The position numbers and the translations under genes were made by a program. From Methanobacteriaceae archaeon (GTDB taxonomy: Archaea > Methanobacteriota > Methanobacteria > Methanobacteriales > Methanobacteriaceae): a stretch of 32,000 nucleotides of DNA. How positions within the stretch are numbered: position 1 is the first letter of the stretch; the number at the start of each line of letters is the position of its first letter. The DNA is taken from NCBI GenBank assembly GCA_030016715.1, contig JASEJD010000002.1:147179-179178 (forward strand). Reading direction: 5' to 3'. The notes beneath the pieces were generated by a model that saw nothing but the letters and a program-made list of their open reading frames with translations, was not told where the DNA came from and ran no database searches. Positions 16,632-27,715 of the stretch are shown one piece after another.

Positions 16632-17219
16632 TTAAATTACACCTTTGGTACTTAATATGGAATTATGTTCTATACGGGACGCGTCTTTTAAAGCTTTAGA
16701 AAAAGCCTTGAATAAAGCTTCTATTTGGTGGTGGTCGTTTTTACCAGTTACATTGGCATTAATGTTTATATTCGCGGAATTTGCAAATGATTCAAAGAAG
16801 TGTTTTACATTTTCTGTGCTTAAATCTCCAACTTTTGGTTTGGTAAATTGCATATCCAAAACATAATAGCTTCTTCCACTAATATCTATAGCTACTGTGG
16901 CTAGTGCATCATCCATGGGAATTAATGCATGAGACATTCTTTTGATCCCTTTTTTATCCCCAATCGCGTTTTTGAATGCTTCCCCCATTAAAATCCCCAC
17001 ATCTTCCACAGTATGATGATCATCAACTCCAATATCGCCTTTTGCAACTATTTCTAAGTCAAAAAATCCATGGCGGGCAAAAGATTCTAACATGTGGTTT
17101 AAAAAGTTAATTCCTGTATTCACCTCAGAATTTCCTTCACCATCGATATTGAATTTTATTTCAATATCTGTTTCAGAAGTCTTCCTCTTCATTCTGCTCT
17201 TTCTTTTCATATTTATCAT
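16632..17219 (-). CDS. hisB: Imidazoleglycerol-phosphate dehydratase
   Basis: [42 protein letters not shown] and [15 protein letters not shown] are classic IGPD metal-binding motifs. The start is ambiguous (ATG at 17219, 17210 or 17192). Every option overlaps the 3' end of the ferredoxin gene. Confidence 0.9.
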   Translation of the reverse strand: MINMKRKSRMKRKTSETDIEIKFNIDGEGNSEVNTGINFLNHMLESFARHGFFDLEIVAKGDIGVDDHHTVEDVGILMGEAFKNAIGDKKGIKRMSHALIPMDDALATVAIDISGRSYYVLDMQFTKPKVGDLSTENVKHFFESFANSANININANVTGKNDHHQIEALFKAFSKALKDASRIEHNSILSTKGVI

Positions 17220-17400
17220 CTCTTATTACTTGTATGGCTTCTTCAGGACATTTAGAAGCACAAATAGTACATAAATGACAAAATTCTAGGTTAGTTGCCA
17301 TAGCTTTGTCTTTTACATCCCATATCTTCGCTCCTTTAGGGCATGCTTCCTTACAGATTCCACATCCTGTGCACTTTTCCTTGTCAACAATAATCCTCAT
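17173..17400 (-). CDS. 2x[4Fe-4S] ferredoxin
   Basis: [12 protein letters not shown] and [12 protein letters not shown] are present. The track start at 17412 is a TTG adjoining the SD GGGGGT (17404..17409). I use ATG 17400, 3 nt after the SD. Confidence 0.85.
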   Translation of the reverse strand: MRIIVDKEKCTGCGICKEACPKGAKIWDVKDKAMATNLEFCHLCTICASKCPEEAIQVIRDDKYEKKEQNEEEDF

Positions 17401-17416
17401 ATTAACCCCCAAACTT

Positions 17417-17446
17417 ATAACTTTTAAGTTATAACTTATAAGTTAT
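17417..17446. promoter_or_regulatory. Overlapping palindromes (operator-like) between the ModE/TOBE regulator gene and the ferredoxin gene
   Basis: ATAACTTATAAGTTAT (17431..17446) is a perfect 16-bp palindrome. ATAACTTTTAAGTTAT (17417..17432) has the same half-sites with a non-symmetric TT centre. The two share the AT at 17431..17432. Confidence 0.45.
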
Positions 17447-17459
17447 GATAATTTATTAT

Positions 17460-18155
17460 TCATATTTTTATTACAGAAATTGATGTGGCCTTAAATCCTA
17501 TGTAAATAGATTTACCAAGATCCAAACCTAATTTATCTCTTGATAATTTTGTAATATATGATCTAATAGTAATATTTTCATCTAAAGCTATTTCTAGCCT
17601 AATCATCTCATTTTGAAGTTTCATACCTATAATTATTCCGGCCATTATATTTCTAACACTTGAATTCTGGGGTTCTAACATTATAAAAATGTCTTCTGGA
17701 CTGATTAAAATTAAAACTTCATCTCCAATTTTAAATTTTTCAATCAGTGGAAATATGATTCTTTTTCCACCAAGATCAACACTCATTAATAAATTTGATT
17801 CATCAACGTCACAAACTATTCCTTCAATTTCATTTACATCCGTATGCTTTTTTAAAATTTGTTCAAGTTTGATATACTCCTTTATAACTAATTTACCAGT
17901 ATTTGTAATTTTGCTTCCACCCCCACCACCCTTACCCCCTCTTGTAGTAGATACTACAGGTGATTTAAGAGTATATTCCATTAATTCTAAATATTTAAGC
18001 GCAGTTCTATAAGATACTTTAGATTGGGCTGAAGCTTTCATAATTGAACCATATTTTTCAATGTATCTTAAAAGATTGAATTTTTTTTCATCTATTAATA
18101 TAGGCTTATCATCAATTTCTAAACGATACTCAGGAAAGTTCCTTATTCTAGTCAT
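17460..18155 (-). CDS. ModE-like transcriptional regulator (N-terminal HTH + Gly linker + tandem TOBE domains)
   Basis: The HTH region is GSIMKASAQSKVSYRTALKYLELME. It is followed by GGKGGGGGS and by TOBE-like beta segments (NIMAGIIIGMKLQNEMIRLEIAL, IYIGFKATSISV). Confidence 0.7.
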   Translation of the reverse strand: MTRIRNFPEYRLEIDDKPILIDEKKFNLLRYIEKYGSIMKASAQSKVSYRTALKYLELMEYTLKSPVVSTTRGGKGGGGGSKITNTGKLVIKEYIKLEQILKKHTDVNEIEGIVCDVDESNLLMSVDLGGKRIIFPLIEKFKIGDEVLILISPEDIFIMLEPQNSSVRNIMAGIIIGMKLQNEMIRLEIALDENITIRSYITKLSRDKLGLDLGKSIYIGFKATSISVIKI

Positions 18156-18185
18156 AAAAAATACCTTATATAATAATGTTTTAAA

Positions 18186-19733
18186 CTATGTTCCAAACCG
18201 CTCTATAAACTTTATTAATTTTTCAAGCAAAGATGATAGTGGACCCATTCTTTTTGCTATTTTATTCATCATTTTCAAATCTCTAACTTCAAATCCCTTT
18301 AAAAAGATTAAAGACAATAAATACACTATTGGAGCTATAAAAATAGATAAAACAAATCCTTCAAAAGTTTTAGGGAGAATTATTAATGGTAAACACATTA
18401 TGGCTGTTGCAAGCGATATCTTCCCGAAATCCTGGTAAGGGGGAGTTACTTGGGTTTTTTGGAAGGTTTGCCATAGTATGCCAATCATTATTATAAATGC
18501 AGCTATGGTGGTAGCAAGAGCCGCCCCTACAATACCATAAAGAGGTACTAATAACAGGTTTAATCCCAGATTTATTACAGTTCCTATTAATAAAATCATC
18601 ATAGGAAGCCTAGGAAATCCGATACCCTGAGATATACTGGCAGATACCATGAATAGTGTATAAAAAGTCATACCAATAACCAATATACTAAGTGCTTCAG
18701 CACCGGGAACAAAATCAGAACCGAATAATAATGCCATAACTGGTTGTGCAAATATGGCTATTCCTACGCACAAAGGTAAGACCAATAATATAACATAGCG
18801 GTATGATTGTACAATATAATCTTTCAAAAGTCCTTTGTCTTTAAGTGCAGCTGCTTCGGAAGCTGCTGGCAATACTGCAGTTGCTACTGACAATGAAATA
18901 ACTAGCGGCATTCTAGCAATAGGATCTGCTGCAGTATAATAACCTACATACTTTGTTGCCATGTAAGAACCAATAACAAATGTACTAATATCGTATATAG
19001 CCATTTCAGAAAGTGCGGTGATAATTACAGGTATTGAAAATCCCAAAAGTGTTTTAATAAGTTTTAACTCATCCCATAATCCAAATTTCTTTTCAGGATC
19101 TGGTTCAGGTAGGTATTTCCATAAGAATTTCCTAAATATCAGAAATGCAGCGGCTGCTGATGCCATAAAACCAATTCCAGTTCCCATTACAGCACCTGCA
19201 GCATAAAATCCAATCGAAACTAGAACTACCGCCATGGTTATCATAAAGACTTGTTCTACAGCACGGGTTACTACAATGTACTCCATTTTGTAAAATCCCT
19301 GAAAAGCTCCTCTAAATGCACCTACAATCACACTAAACGGAGTTATAAGTGCCACTGCTTGTAAAGGATAAACTGCTAGGGGTTTGTGAAATACGGAATT
19401 TGCAATCCAATCCGCAGAAAAGAACATTAAAAGGCTAAAGAATATACCTAAAACTACCATGAACTTCAGAGAAGTGAAAATAACTTGTCTTACTTGATCA
19501 TACTCATTCAGGGCTTTATACTGAGAAACATACTTGGCAATGGCAGGTGGAAGACCACCGGCAGATAATATTTGAAATATTCCTTGAAAGGGTATAGTTA
19601 ATCCTAAAAGTCCGTAACCTTCTGGACCTAATAATCTACTCATTAGAAATCGGTAGAAATAACCGCCTACTCTGAAAAGAATGTAGCTTATCATCATCAT
19701 AAAGCTACCTTTTGCTAACTTTGCACTGCCCAT
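18186..19733 (-). CDS. MOP-superfamily polysaccharide/lipid-linked oligosaccharide flippase (Wzx/MurJ-like)
   Basis: 515 aa with about 14 TM segments. The N-terminus SYILFRVGGYFYRFLMSRLLGPEGYGLLGL is typical of polysaccharide biosynthesis (PF01943-type) proteins. SD GGTGAT is followed by N3 and ATG. Confidence 0.8.
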   Translation of the reverse strand: MGSAKLAKGSFMMMISYILFRVGGYFYRFLMSRLLGPEGYGLLGLTIPFQGIFQILSAGGLPPAIAKYVSQYKALNEYDQVRQVIFTSLKFMVVLGIFFSLLMFFSADWIANSVFHKPLAVYPLQAVALITPFSVIVGAFRGAFQGFYKMEYIVVTRAVEQVFMITMAVVLVSIGFYAAGAVMGTGIGFMASAAAAFLIFRKFLWKYLPEPDPEKKFGLWDELKLIKTLLGFSIPVIITALSEMAIYDISTFVIGSYMATKYVGYYTAADPIARMPLVISLSVATAVLPAASEAAALKDKGLLKDYIVQSYRYVILLVLPLCVGIAIFAQPVMALLFGSDFVPGAEALSILVIGMTFYTLFMVSASISQGIGFPRLPMMILLIGTVINLGLNLLLVPLYGIVGAALATTIAAFIIMIGILWQTFQKTQVTPPYQDFGKISLATAIMCLPLIILPKTFEGFVLSIFIAPIVYLLSLIFLKGFEVRDLKMMNKIAKRMGPLSSLLEKLIKFIERFGT

Positions 19734-19997
19734 TGCATCACCAAGAGATTTAAGAATATGTAATTAATAAAATTTTAAAATGTTATGAACTAACTTTAAA
19801 GATATTATTACTTAAATAAGGAATATTAATGGTTCAATATTCAGATAATCTTTTTGTTGATTTCAAAAAAATTAATAGAAAAAATGACCTTAAATAGTTT
19901 GTGTATTTTTAATTTAAAACTTAATTTCAATAATTAGTAGAAGATAATGAGATTTTTTATTTTAAATCACGGATTATAGTTCCTTTTTATACTAACT

Positions 19998-20588
19998 CTA
20001 TTTTTTAATCTGGTAATTTTCTAAGAATTTGGCAAACATATTAATGGTCTTTCTTAGACTTCGAAAACCATCTTCATCTTCTTTTACACCATCTAAGGTA
20101 TCTTTTGACCAAAAATTCGCCCCCAAATTAGCTCCAAAAGATCCTCCACTAATGGGAATGATTCCATTAAGAATATAAAATGTGTGTATCTGTTGAAGTG
20201 CAAGTTCCTGTCCCCCGGCTCGATCTCCACCTACAGAAATACCCATACCTACTTTATATCTTAGGAAATCATAATCAGCAGCTCCTAAGGCCCGACAACG
20301 ATCCATTAATGCTTTAGTTTGAGCACTTATACCTCCATTATACATGGGGCTGGCTATTACAATACCTTCAGCATCATTAAGCAGACCATAAACCTCAAAC
20401 ATATCGTCTTTCATAACACACTCTTTTTCCCTCAAACAGTAATCACAATGTCTACATGGACTGATATTTTTCCCTCTCACCCCAAAAAATTTGGTTTCAA
20501 ATCCTTTCTTTTCCAGCATTTTCAGAGCTTTGTTCAAAACATAATCCGTGGCCTTTTTTCGCGGACTACCGCAGATTCCAACAATCAC
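19998..20588 (-). CDS. Iron-sulfur flavoprotein (Isf / NADPH-dependent FMN reductase family)
   Basis: GICGSPRK is the flavin loop. The compact Cys motif CRHCDYCLREKEC (CX2CX2CX5C) is characteristic of methanogen Isf. The start is GTG with SD GGGGAG. Confidence 0.8.
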   Translation of the reverse strand: MIVGICGSPRKKATDYVLNKALKMLEKKGFETKFFGVRGKNISPCRHCDYCLREKECVMKDDMFEVYGLLNDAEGIVIASPMYNGGISAQTKALMDRCRALGAADYDFLRYKVGMGISVGGDRAGGQELALQQIHTFYILNGIIPISGGSFGANLGANFWSKDTLDGVKEDEDGFRSLRKTINMFAKFLENYQIKK

Positions 20589-20861
20589 GCTAATCTCCCC
20601 TAATTATTCCTTAAAAATTTTTAGTTTGAGTTTTAATTTATTATAGTATATTGAGATTGGTTTCACTTTAATTTTTCCAATTTTTAATTTTATTAATGAA
20701 GTCCTAATAGTATATGTTTAATAATTTTTCTATTAACTTTAATCTAACATGTTTTATATTGTTTAATAAACCTTTTAAAGCATTTTTCTTTCATATCTAA
20801 TAGAATAAAAAAATTTTAATTTTATTTTTTGATCATAAAAATAATTTGAGATAAAAAAATT

Positions 20862-20883
20862 AAAAAAGAATTGTAAAAATTCT
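20862..20883 (-). terminator. Weak hairpin plus T-run after fae-hps (minus strand)
   Basis: The minus strand reads AGAATT-TTTAC-AATTCT followed by TTTTTT. On the plus strand this is AGAATT 20867..20872 and AATTCT 20878..20883, with the A-run at 20862..20867 sharing base 20867 with the stem. The stem is AT-rich and only 6 bp. Confidence 0.35.
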
Positions 20884-20884
20884 C

Positions 20885-22105
20885 TTAAATAGATTCATCT
20901 TCATCGAGAGCAAGTCTCATTGTATCAGGATCTTGAGGCATATGTTCTAAGAAGTCTTCTGCAGCTCTTCTAACATCTCTGGATCCTATTATGTACCTTC
21001 CAACTACAATTATGTCTGCTCCGCTTTCTAGGGCTTCTTCGACTTTTTGGGGCGTTATTCCACCAGCCACAGCAACCTGTTTTCCATCACCTAAAATGTC
21101 TTTAATCTGGTTAATATTACCCCATTCTGTCACTTCAGATTGTTCTTCCCCTCTTTCAGCTTTAAGGGTTTCAAGATCAACATTTCTGTGTAACAATACT
21201 ATATCTGGTTTATATCTAAGTTCAGCTAGTTTTTCCACAAAGTTTTCAACATTCATCATATCTAGTATAGAGTATATGCCTTGTTTTGATGCTTCGTGCA
21301 CGGCTTTTTCTATAGATTCTACAGTTCCAAGTCCAGATATGGCAACAGCGTCTGCAGTTTCATCTGCAGCCATTTTAACTTCTATTCTACCAACATCCAG
21401 TGTTTTTAGATCAGCAATAATAAATGCATCTTTTCTTAGTTCTCTTATTTTACCAACAATACTTACACCAAATTTTTTAACCAGCGGAGTACCGGCCTCT
21501 AGTAATATTCTTTCCCTATCAGGCAAGCTTTTTATTATTCTTTCCATTTCATCCATATTATCTAGGTCAAGAGCTACTTGAAGATAAGGCGGATTCCATA
21601 GTCGGACTACTCTGAACCCCATGATTGGATGGGTTCCACGATCTTTTTCAGCTAATACTTTGTCAATAGACGGATAATTCTCTAAGGCTCTTTTCAAAGC
21701 TAATTTGGTGGCTCCGTAATTGTATTGATAAATTTTACGGAAGTCTTCTGCTTCTGGATGAATGAATATGCTAGCAATAATTACAAGATTTTCGATTTGG
21801 TCTTTGGATATTATTCCTTCTGAAACTGCATCAGCTACAGCTCTTCCTACTGCAGTCTGTGCCGGTCCAAATATTTTATCTGCATCTTTCAAATCTCTAA
21901 CTGTTACCTTGGGAACTATCAATGTAGTTGGCTTGGTCAATAAATTTGGTCTTATAACTGAAAGAAGTGGTGTGTGACCTATCGAAAGTTGAGTAAGGTT
22001 GTTGGCAAAAGCAGCACCAGCAGGGCCATCTTTACTGCCTATAATTAAATCAACATGAGCTATTTCATTTCCATTCCCTATTAGGGCTTCCCCTATATTA
22101 TACAT
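20885..22105 (-). CDS. fae-hps: Bifunctional formaldehyde-activating enzyme / 3-hexulose-6-phosphate synthase
   Basis: The N-terminal half [20 protein letters not shown]...GPAGAAFA is Fae. The C-terminal half [10 protein letters not shown]...LEAGTPL...IADLKTLD...VAVAGGI is an OMPDC-type HPS. SD AGGAGG is 7 nt upstream. Confidence 0.9.
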   Translation of the reverse strand: MYNIGEALIGNGNEIAHVDLIIGSKDGPAGAAFANNLTQLSIGHTPLLSVIRPNLLTKPTTLIVPKVTVRDLKDADKIFGPAQTAVGRAVADAVSEGIISKDQIENLVIIASIFIHPEAEDFRKIYQYNYGATKLALKRALENYPSIDKVLAEKDRGTHPIMGFRVVRLWNPPYLQVALDLDNMDEMERIIKSLPDRERILLEAGTPLVKKFGVSIVGKIRELRKDAFIIADLKTLDVGRIEVKMAADETADAVAISGLGTVESIEKAVHEASKQGIYSILDMMNVENFVEKLAELRYKPDIVLLHRNVDLETLKAERGEEQSEVTEWGNINQIKDILGDGKQVAVAGGITPQKVEEALESGADIIVVGRYIIGSRDVRRAAEDFLEHMPQDPDTMRLALDEDESI

Positions 22106-22301
22106 AACATTTCCTCCTTCAATATCTTAATTTTTATTCTAAACAATATAAATAAATAACATTATAGCTAAAAATTTCTATATAATTAGATATATGTATA
22201 TTTATTTGAATTATAATTAGATTAAATAATTTTTTAACTAAATTCTTAAAATTTTTTTCAAAAAAAAGAAATAAGATTATTTATATATTATTGTGAGTTA
22301 T

Positions 22302-22640
22302 TCATCCTGAAATCTCATTTTCAGTATTTCCATCACTAGTCTGATCAGTTGTTCCGCCGGTAGCATCATCATTTCCCGTATTTGTGTTATCTGTTGTAGG
22401 GGTTCTAGTTCTAGTTTTAGTGGTAGTTTTTGGCGATGTAGTTGTTGAATGTTGTTGGCTAACGTCTGTAGTTCCAATGGAATTATTATTAGCATAGGTA
22501 GTGTTGGTTCCGTTAGCATCATATGACAATTGCTCAAATGATTGTTCTTGACTGGAAGCTAAGGCCATGATTAGGTCATAACCTCCTAGAATAAAAACAA
22601 CAACCAGCATACATGCAATTAAAACTGATTTTTTATCCAA
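22302..22640 (-). CDS. Small N-terminally anchored Thr/Asn-rich low-complexity protein (hypothetical)
   Basis: The track start GTG 22649 lies inside the SD AAGGTGAT. I use TTG 22640, 4 nt after the SD. One TM or signal-anchor segment (VLIACMLVVVFILGG) is followed by T/N/D-rich sequence. Confidence 0.5.
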   Translation of the reverse strand: MDKKSVLIACMLVVVFILGGYDLIMALASSQEQSFEQLSYDANGTNTTYANNNSIGTTDVSQQHSTTTSPKTTTKTRTRTPTTDNTNTGNDDATGGTTDQTSDGNTENEISG

Positions 22641-22893
22641 ATTAATCACCTTAAATATTACTTAATTAAATTAAAATTATAGATAATTATCCTTATTTTT
22701 ATATTTATATATATCGAAGTAAATAATTTATTAGTCTAAATAATTATTAAATTCTTTTTTTGCAAGGTCTATTCTTTTCAGTGCTTGGCATTTGTTGCTC
22801 TGAAATTATAGATAATCTTTTAAAACTAATACTCGATTAATAATTCAATCTAAAAAAAATAAGTTATATTTTAAGAATATAATTAAAGGGAAG

Positions 22894-24180
22894 TTATATT
22901 TTCCCTTCTAAAAAGTCGTCATATCCTTTTAAATCCAGCATACCATGGCCTGAAAAATTAATAATGATATTTTTCTCTTCTTTGTTCTTTTTACATTCTA
23001 AAGCCAAATCCATACCTACTTTTATTGCGTGGCATGTTTCTGGAGCTGGAACTACTCCTTCAGCTTTAGCAAAAGTGGAGCCACTGGTGAATATGTCATG
23101 TTGGGATACTGAACGTGGTTCAACAATTCCTTCATGAGCTAGAAGTGCTACTAATGGTGCCATACCATGATATCTTAGTCCCCCGGCATGCACTGATGGA
23201 GGAATGAAATCATGTCCTAAAGTGTACATTTTTAGAAGCGGTGTTAAACCTGCAGTGTCACCATAGTCGTAACGGTATTCTCCTTTTGTTAAGGTTGGAC
23301 ATGATTTTGGTTCTGCTGCGATAAATCTACAATCTAAATTACCATCTAATTTGTCTTTGACAAATGGGAATATGGCACCACCAAAATTACTGCCTCCACC
23401 AACACATCCCACTATGATATCAGGAGATTCATCAATTATTTCCATCTGCTTTTTGGTTTCAAGACCAATTATAGTTTGGTGTAAAAGTACATGGTTTAAA
23501 ACACTTCCTAAGGAATAAAAAACTCCATCAGCATTTAAAGCATCTTCTATAGCTTCAGATATTGCTATTCCCAGTGATCCGGGGTGATTTGGATCTTCAG
23601 TCAGCATTTTTCTACCGAATTCTGTTTTATTGCTTGGTGAAGGAAGAACTTCTCCATCATATAACTCCATAATTGTTTTTCGGTGTGGTTTCTGGTCAAA
23701 TGATACTCGAACCATATATACTGTACAATCAATATCCAGAAGTGAACATGCTAGTGATAAAGCTGAACCCCATTGTCCAGCTCCAGTTTCTGTAGTTAAC
23801 CTTTCCGCACCTTCTTTTTTAGCGTAATATGCTTGTGCAATGGCTGTGTTTAACTTATGACTTCCTGTGGGTGAGAAATCTTCTCTTTTATAGAATATCT
23901 TTGCAGGGGTATCAAGATGTTCTTCCAGACCTTTTGCCCGGAATAGAGGACTTGGTCTTCCAATCATTTTGTATACATTTCTTACTTTCTTTGGAATTTT
24001 TATCCATCTTTCTTGAGACATTTCCTGTTCTAAAACAGATTTAGAGAATATTTTAGGTAGATTTGCCAGCTGATGTCCCTCTTCAGATTCAGAAGCGGGA
24101 GGTAATGGAACTGGCAAATCAGAAATTATGTTATACCATTTTTTCGGGATTTCCTTTGAAGGTAACGTGACTTTGTACAT
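22894..24180 (-). CDS. trpB2: TrpB2-type tryptophan synthase beta-like PLP enzyme
   Basis: 428 aa with the long N-terminal extension typical of TrpB2. The PLP lysine context is [20 protein letters not shown] and HAGGLRYHG are present. No other trp genes are adjacent. Confidence 0.85.
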   Translation of the reverse strand: MYKVTLPSKEIPKKWYNIISDLPVPLPPASESEEGHQLANLPKIFSKSVLEQEMSQERWIKIPKKVRNVYKMIGRPSPLFRAKGLEEHLDTPAKIFYKREDFSPTGSHKLNTAIAQAYYAKKEGAERLTTETGAGQWGSALSLACSLLDIDCTVYMVRVSFDQKPHRKTIMELYDGEVLPSPSNKTEFGRKMLTEDPNHPGSLGIAISEAIEDALNADGVFYSLGSVLNHVLLHQTIIGLETKKQMEIIDESPDIIVGCVGGGSNFGGAIFPFVKDKLDGNLDCRFIAAEPKSCPTLTKGEYRYDYGDTAGLTPLLKMYTLGHDFIPPSVHAGGLRYHGMAPLVALLAHEGIVEPRSVSQHDIFTSGSTFAKAEGVVPAPETCHAIKVGMDLALECKKNKEEKNIIINFSGHGMLDLKGYDDFLEGKI

Positions 24181-24328
24181 TTAATCACCTATATTTTTTT
24201 AAAATTTCAAATATTATTATTAAATTATACTGTGCTGTACTATTTAAAGCTTTGTTGCACATATTTGTACATTATATTTTTTTATAATAAATTGTTCGAA
24301 TAAATTTTTGGTATGATTTAAACATTTA

Positions 24329-27300
24329 TTAAAGCCTATTTTCATATTTCAGCTCTTTAAACCTTATATTGAATTTGGTACCATTAGTTAAATCCACTGT
24401 TATTTCTCCGTCAAGTTGCATAGTAAGACTATGAATTAACTGTAAGCCCAGTGTTTTAGTATTCTCCACACTAATATCTTCTGGTAATCCTATACCATCA
24501 TCAGATACAGTAAGTTTATACATTCCATCTTCTTTTTTTAGTTCTACTCTAATATTTCCTTCTTCAGAATCAGGAAATGCATATTTAAGGCTATTAGAAA
24601 CTAATTCATTGATTATTAATGCTAAAGGCATTGCAGTATCAATATTTAAACTTATAGAATCGGCTATAATCTCTGTTTTTATTTTGTAACGGTTCACATT
24701 ATATGAATCAGATAAATATGAAATTAACTGTTTAATATATAATTCAAAGTCAATATAGGCTAGATCTGCAGATTGATAAAGTTGTTCATGAATAATGGCC
24801 ATGGATTTTACCCTATTCTGACTTTCTTTAAACACATCTACTGCTTCATTGTCATCAATTTTTCTAGATTGGAGATTCAATAAACTGGTTACTATTTGCA
24901 AGTTATTTTTAACACGGTGATGTATTTCTCTTAATAAAAGTTCCTTATCTCTTAAAGACCTCTTAATTTTATCTTCATCATGCATTCTTTGAATTGCCAA
25001 TGAATAAAATTCACAAAGACGCTTTACAGCTGCTAAATCATTTTCACTGTAATCATCTGATTTAAATAGTGATATTTGTCCTACAAGCTCATTTGCTAAC
25101 ATTACTGGTGCTGATAGAAATTTTAAATCTTTAATATTCTTTAAACCAGAAAATTCGATATCTTCATCTATTTCATTAAGGTAAAAAGACTTTTTTGTGT
25201 TTAATGATCTGCCTAACAATCCGTCGTATTTACCTTCAGCATTCTTTTTTAACTTAATTTCCAAGTCTTTAACAGATAAAACATTATCTAAAGAAGAAAT
25301 AGAATAATTTGTTATTTTTCCCGCATTATCTATTACAACAGCATATCCAAAAAGACTATCAGTTAATCTCTCAGCTTCCTCTAATACCGAATCTGTAATA
25401 TTTTTAATCGATGATTTCGGAGAAATTAAAGGCTCGTAAATTCTTTCTAACGCTTTTTGAATTTTCAGTTCTCTTTCCAGAGCAATTCTAGATTGTTTTC
25501 TTTCAGTAATATCTAAAAGAGATACTAAACTCTTACTGGTACTTGGGATAATTGCTACCGTGGTTAATACATCCTTGATTTCACCATTCCGATTAACAAA
25601 TTTAAATTCATAATTTCTAGGCGCAGAATCGGGATCAATCCGTCTTTTCTCATGATATTCTAACATTGCTTCTAGATGGGTGTCAGCCACAAATTCTGTC
25701 CATTTCTTTCTTCCTTCAATTTCCTCCCTTTTATAACCATAAAGCTTTTCAAATTCCGTATTTGCTAGCGATACAGTCATATCCTCTTCAACTATTATTG
25801 TGGCAGTACCTGTATTCTCAAAGATAGTACGATAATATGCTTCAGATTCTTTCAAATCTTTTTCAGCCTTTTTACGTTCTGAAACATCTCTTGAACTAAC
25901 GATGATTTCAATGACTGAGCCAGAATGTGGATCATGCAATGCTTTGGCTGTTGATTCAATCCAAGTATATAACCCATTTTTTTTACGAATACGATAAGTT
26001 ACAGAGGTTATATCTTTTTTCGTTAAAACATCCTTCAGAGTTTTTTTGGTAAGATCCCAATCATCAGGATGAATAAATTCAAAGGCACTATGTCCGACCA
26101 ATTCATCAGGTTCATAATTTAATACATGTTTACAAGCGGGTGAGACAAATAAATAGTTTGTTTCAAGGTCATGCCGGGAAATCATATCTGAAGCATTTTC
26201 TGCAATGAGCCGATAGCGTTTTTCACTGGATTTAAGCTTTTCTTCCATTGATCTTCTTTCAATAGATGTAGCCAGAACATTAGCCATAGATTGTATGAAA
26301 TTCACTTCATCATCATCAAAATCTCTTTTTTTAGTTGAATGGACTCCTAAAACACCGAAAGGATCTTCTTGGCTTCCAATAATTACACTAACCCCGCTAA
26401 CCACACCATGTTCAAAAAGTAAGTCAGGGCCTTTAAATCGAGTTTCTTTAGATAAATCTGTTACAATAACAGGTTTACTGGATAAAAGAGTATAACCTGC
26501 TTGTGATTTATGTCCAGAAGAAATTTTTTTCCTCCCTACAATACCCTTTTTCCAACCTCTTCCAGCTCTTAATAAAAATTTTTTATCATCCAACAATTCC
26601 AATATCTTACAATAATCAACTTTCAAGGTTTTTACAATTTCTTCAACAATTAAATTCATTAATTGGTTAATATCACTATTAACCAAAGCTATTTGGCTAA
26701 TTTTGGCGATACTAAATTGTCTAACTGCGTAATCCCTAATATATGTTTCCGCATTTTTTCTTTCGGAAATATCTCTCACGATAGTTGTTACAAAACGGTC
26801 ATGTGTAGTGTGCCATTCAGAAACAGAGACTTCAAAAGGGAAGCGAGAACCATCCTTTTTAATTCCATAAAATTCGGTTTTATAACCTTTAAATTTACTA
26901 GTTTCACGAATATATTTTAGTTGAGTTTTTAATTGCGTTTTATCATCAGAATATATTAAATCTAATATATTTGTTCCATTTAAATTATCTTTGGCATGAC
27001 CAAAGATATTATTAAAACTTTCATTAGAATAGATTATTTTACCATCTAAGGAGAGTGTGGCTATTCCATCTAATGCTGAATTTGCCACGGAACGAAATTT
27101 TTCCTCGCTGGCCTTTAAACGATTTTCTCTATCTTCTATTCGTTCGCTTAAGATGGTTACTACAATACCAACCACAATAAACATACTCACTCTTATAAAA
27201 TCATCAATCAAGGGGTCGGTGAGTTTAGGAGATATGAAATGGCTTAATATGATAAAAGTAGCTAAAAAAATAGGTACTGACATCCCCTTTCTTCTGAACC

Positions 27301-27460
27301 AAAATGTAGCCATAATAATAGGAATATAAAAAAGAGGGGTAAATACAATTGTCTTTCCCAGAATAAAATGATAATCATAAGTTAGTATAACTGAGAAAAA
27401 GGTAAAAACTAATACCAGAATTAATTTATAATCATCTGTATAAGAATCTTTATTCTTCAT
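24329..27460 (-). CDS. Membrane-anchored multi-PAS/GAF sensor histidine kinase (HisKA_2/HWE-type core)
   Basis: N-terminal hydrophobic helices are followed by several PAS-like segments, each ending in ...DI(S/T)ERK. GAF-like segments are also present. The H-box is [20 protein letters not shown], and the ATPase motifs are [11 protein letters not shown] and DDGIGLP. Confidence 0.85.
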   Translation of the reverse strand: MKNKDSYTDDYKLILVLVFTFFSVILTYDYHFILGKTIVFTPLFYIPIIMATFWFRRKGMSVPIFLATFIILSHFISPKLTDPLIDDFIRVSMFIVVGIVVTILSERIEDRENRLKASEEKFRSVANSALDGIATLSLDGKIIYSNESFNNIFGHAKDNLNGTNILDLIYSDDKTQLKTQLKYIRETSKFKGYKTEFYGIKKDGSRFPFEVSVSEWHTTHDRFVTTIVRDISERKNAETYIRDYAVRQFSIAKISQIALVNSDINQLMNLIVEEIVKTLKVDYCKILELLDDKKFLLRAGRGWKKGIVGRKKISSGHKSQAGYTLLSSKPVIVTDLSKETRFKGPDLLFEHGVVSGVSVIIGSQEDPFGVLGVHSTKKRDFDDDEVNFIQSMANVLATSIERRSMEEKLKSSEKRYRLIAENASDMISRHDLETNYLFVSPACKHVLNYEPDELVGHSAFEFIHPDDWDLTKKTLKDVLTKKDITSVTYRIRKKNGLYTWIESTAKALHDPHSGSVIEIIVSSRDVSERKKAEKDLKESEAYYRTIFENTGTATIIVEEDMTVSLANTEFEKLYGYKREEIEGRKKWTEFVADTHLEAMLEYHEKRRIDPDSAPRNYEFKFVNRNGEIKDVLTTVAIIPSTSKSLVSLLDITERKQSRIALERELKIQKALERIYEPLISPKSSIKNITDSVLEEAERLTDSLFGYAVVIDNAGKITNYSISSLDNVLSVKDLEIKLKKNAEGKYDGLLGRSLNTKKSFYLNEIDEDIEFSGLKNIKDLKFLSAPVMLANELVGQISLFKSDDYSENDLAAVKRLCEFYSLAIQRMHDEDKIKRSLRDKELLLREIHHRVKNNLQIVTSLLNLQSRKIDDNEAVDVFKESQNRVKSMAIIHEQLYQSADLAYIDFELYIKQLISYLSDSYNVNRYKIKTEIIADSISLNIDTAMPLALIINELVSNSLKYAFPDSEEGNIRVELKKEDGMYKLTVSDDGIGLPEDISVENTKTLGLQLIHSLTMQLDGEITVDLTNGTKFNIRFKELKYENRL

Positions 27461-27715
27461 TTATACTCCTTCTTATTTATCAAAATTTACTGAAAAAATA
27501 TAATAACATTTTTTTGATTTATTTATTCATATAATTAGTAGTGCAATATTTAGAATCTTTATGGAACCTAATAATTTTTTTTAAGCCAATTTTTAATTAC
27601 TCCCAGTCTCTATATTTATTAATATTAAATTATTAATTTTATGGTTAAGGTTGATTAAGACTAGTATAATATCGATTTATTAAATTTTTTTATAAGGTAA
27701 AATACAACATAATGT

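Noticed and set aside
17689-18438. Plus-strand ORFs 17689..18012 and 18061..18438
   Set aside because: They lie antisense to the ModE-like gene and to the flippase 3' end. Their sequence is low-complexity Ser/Ile/Phe-rich, and they span a gene boundary, so I treat them as shadow frames.
20991-21581. 196-aa ORF antisense to fae-hps
   Set aside because: It is a Ser/Thr/Ile-rich shadow ORF fully inside a confidently identified gene, with no independent signals.
22674-22816. Possible CRISPR or other arrayed repeat from the 14-nt direct repeats
   Set aside because: There are only two copies of a short AT-rich 14-mer, 129 nt apart. There is no regular spacing, no further units and no cas genes.
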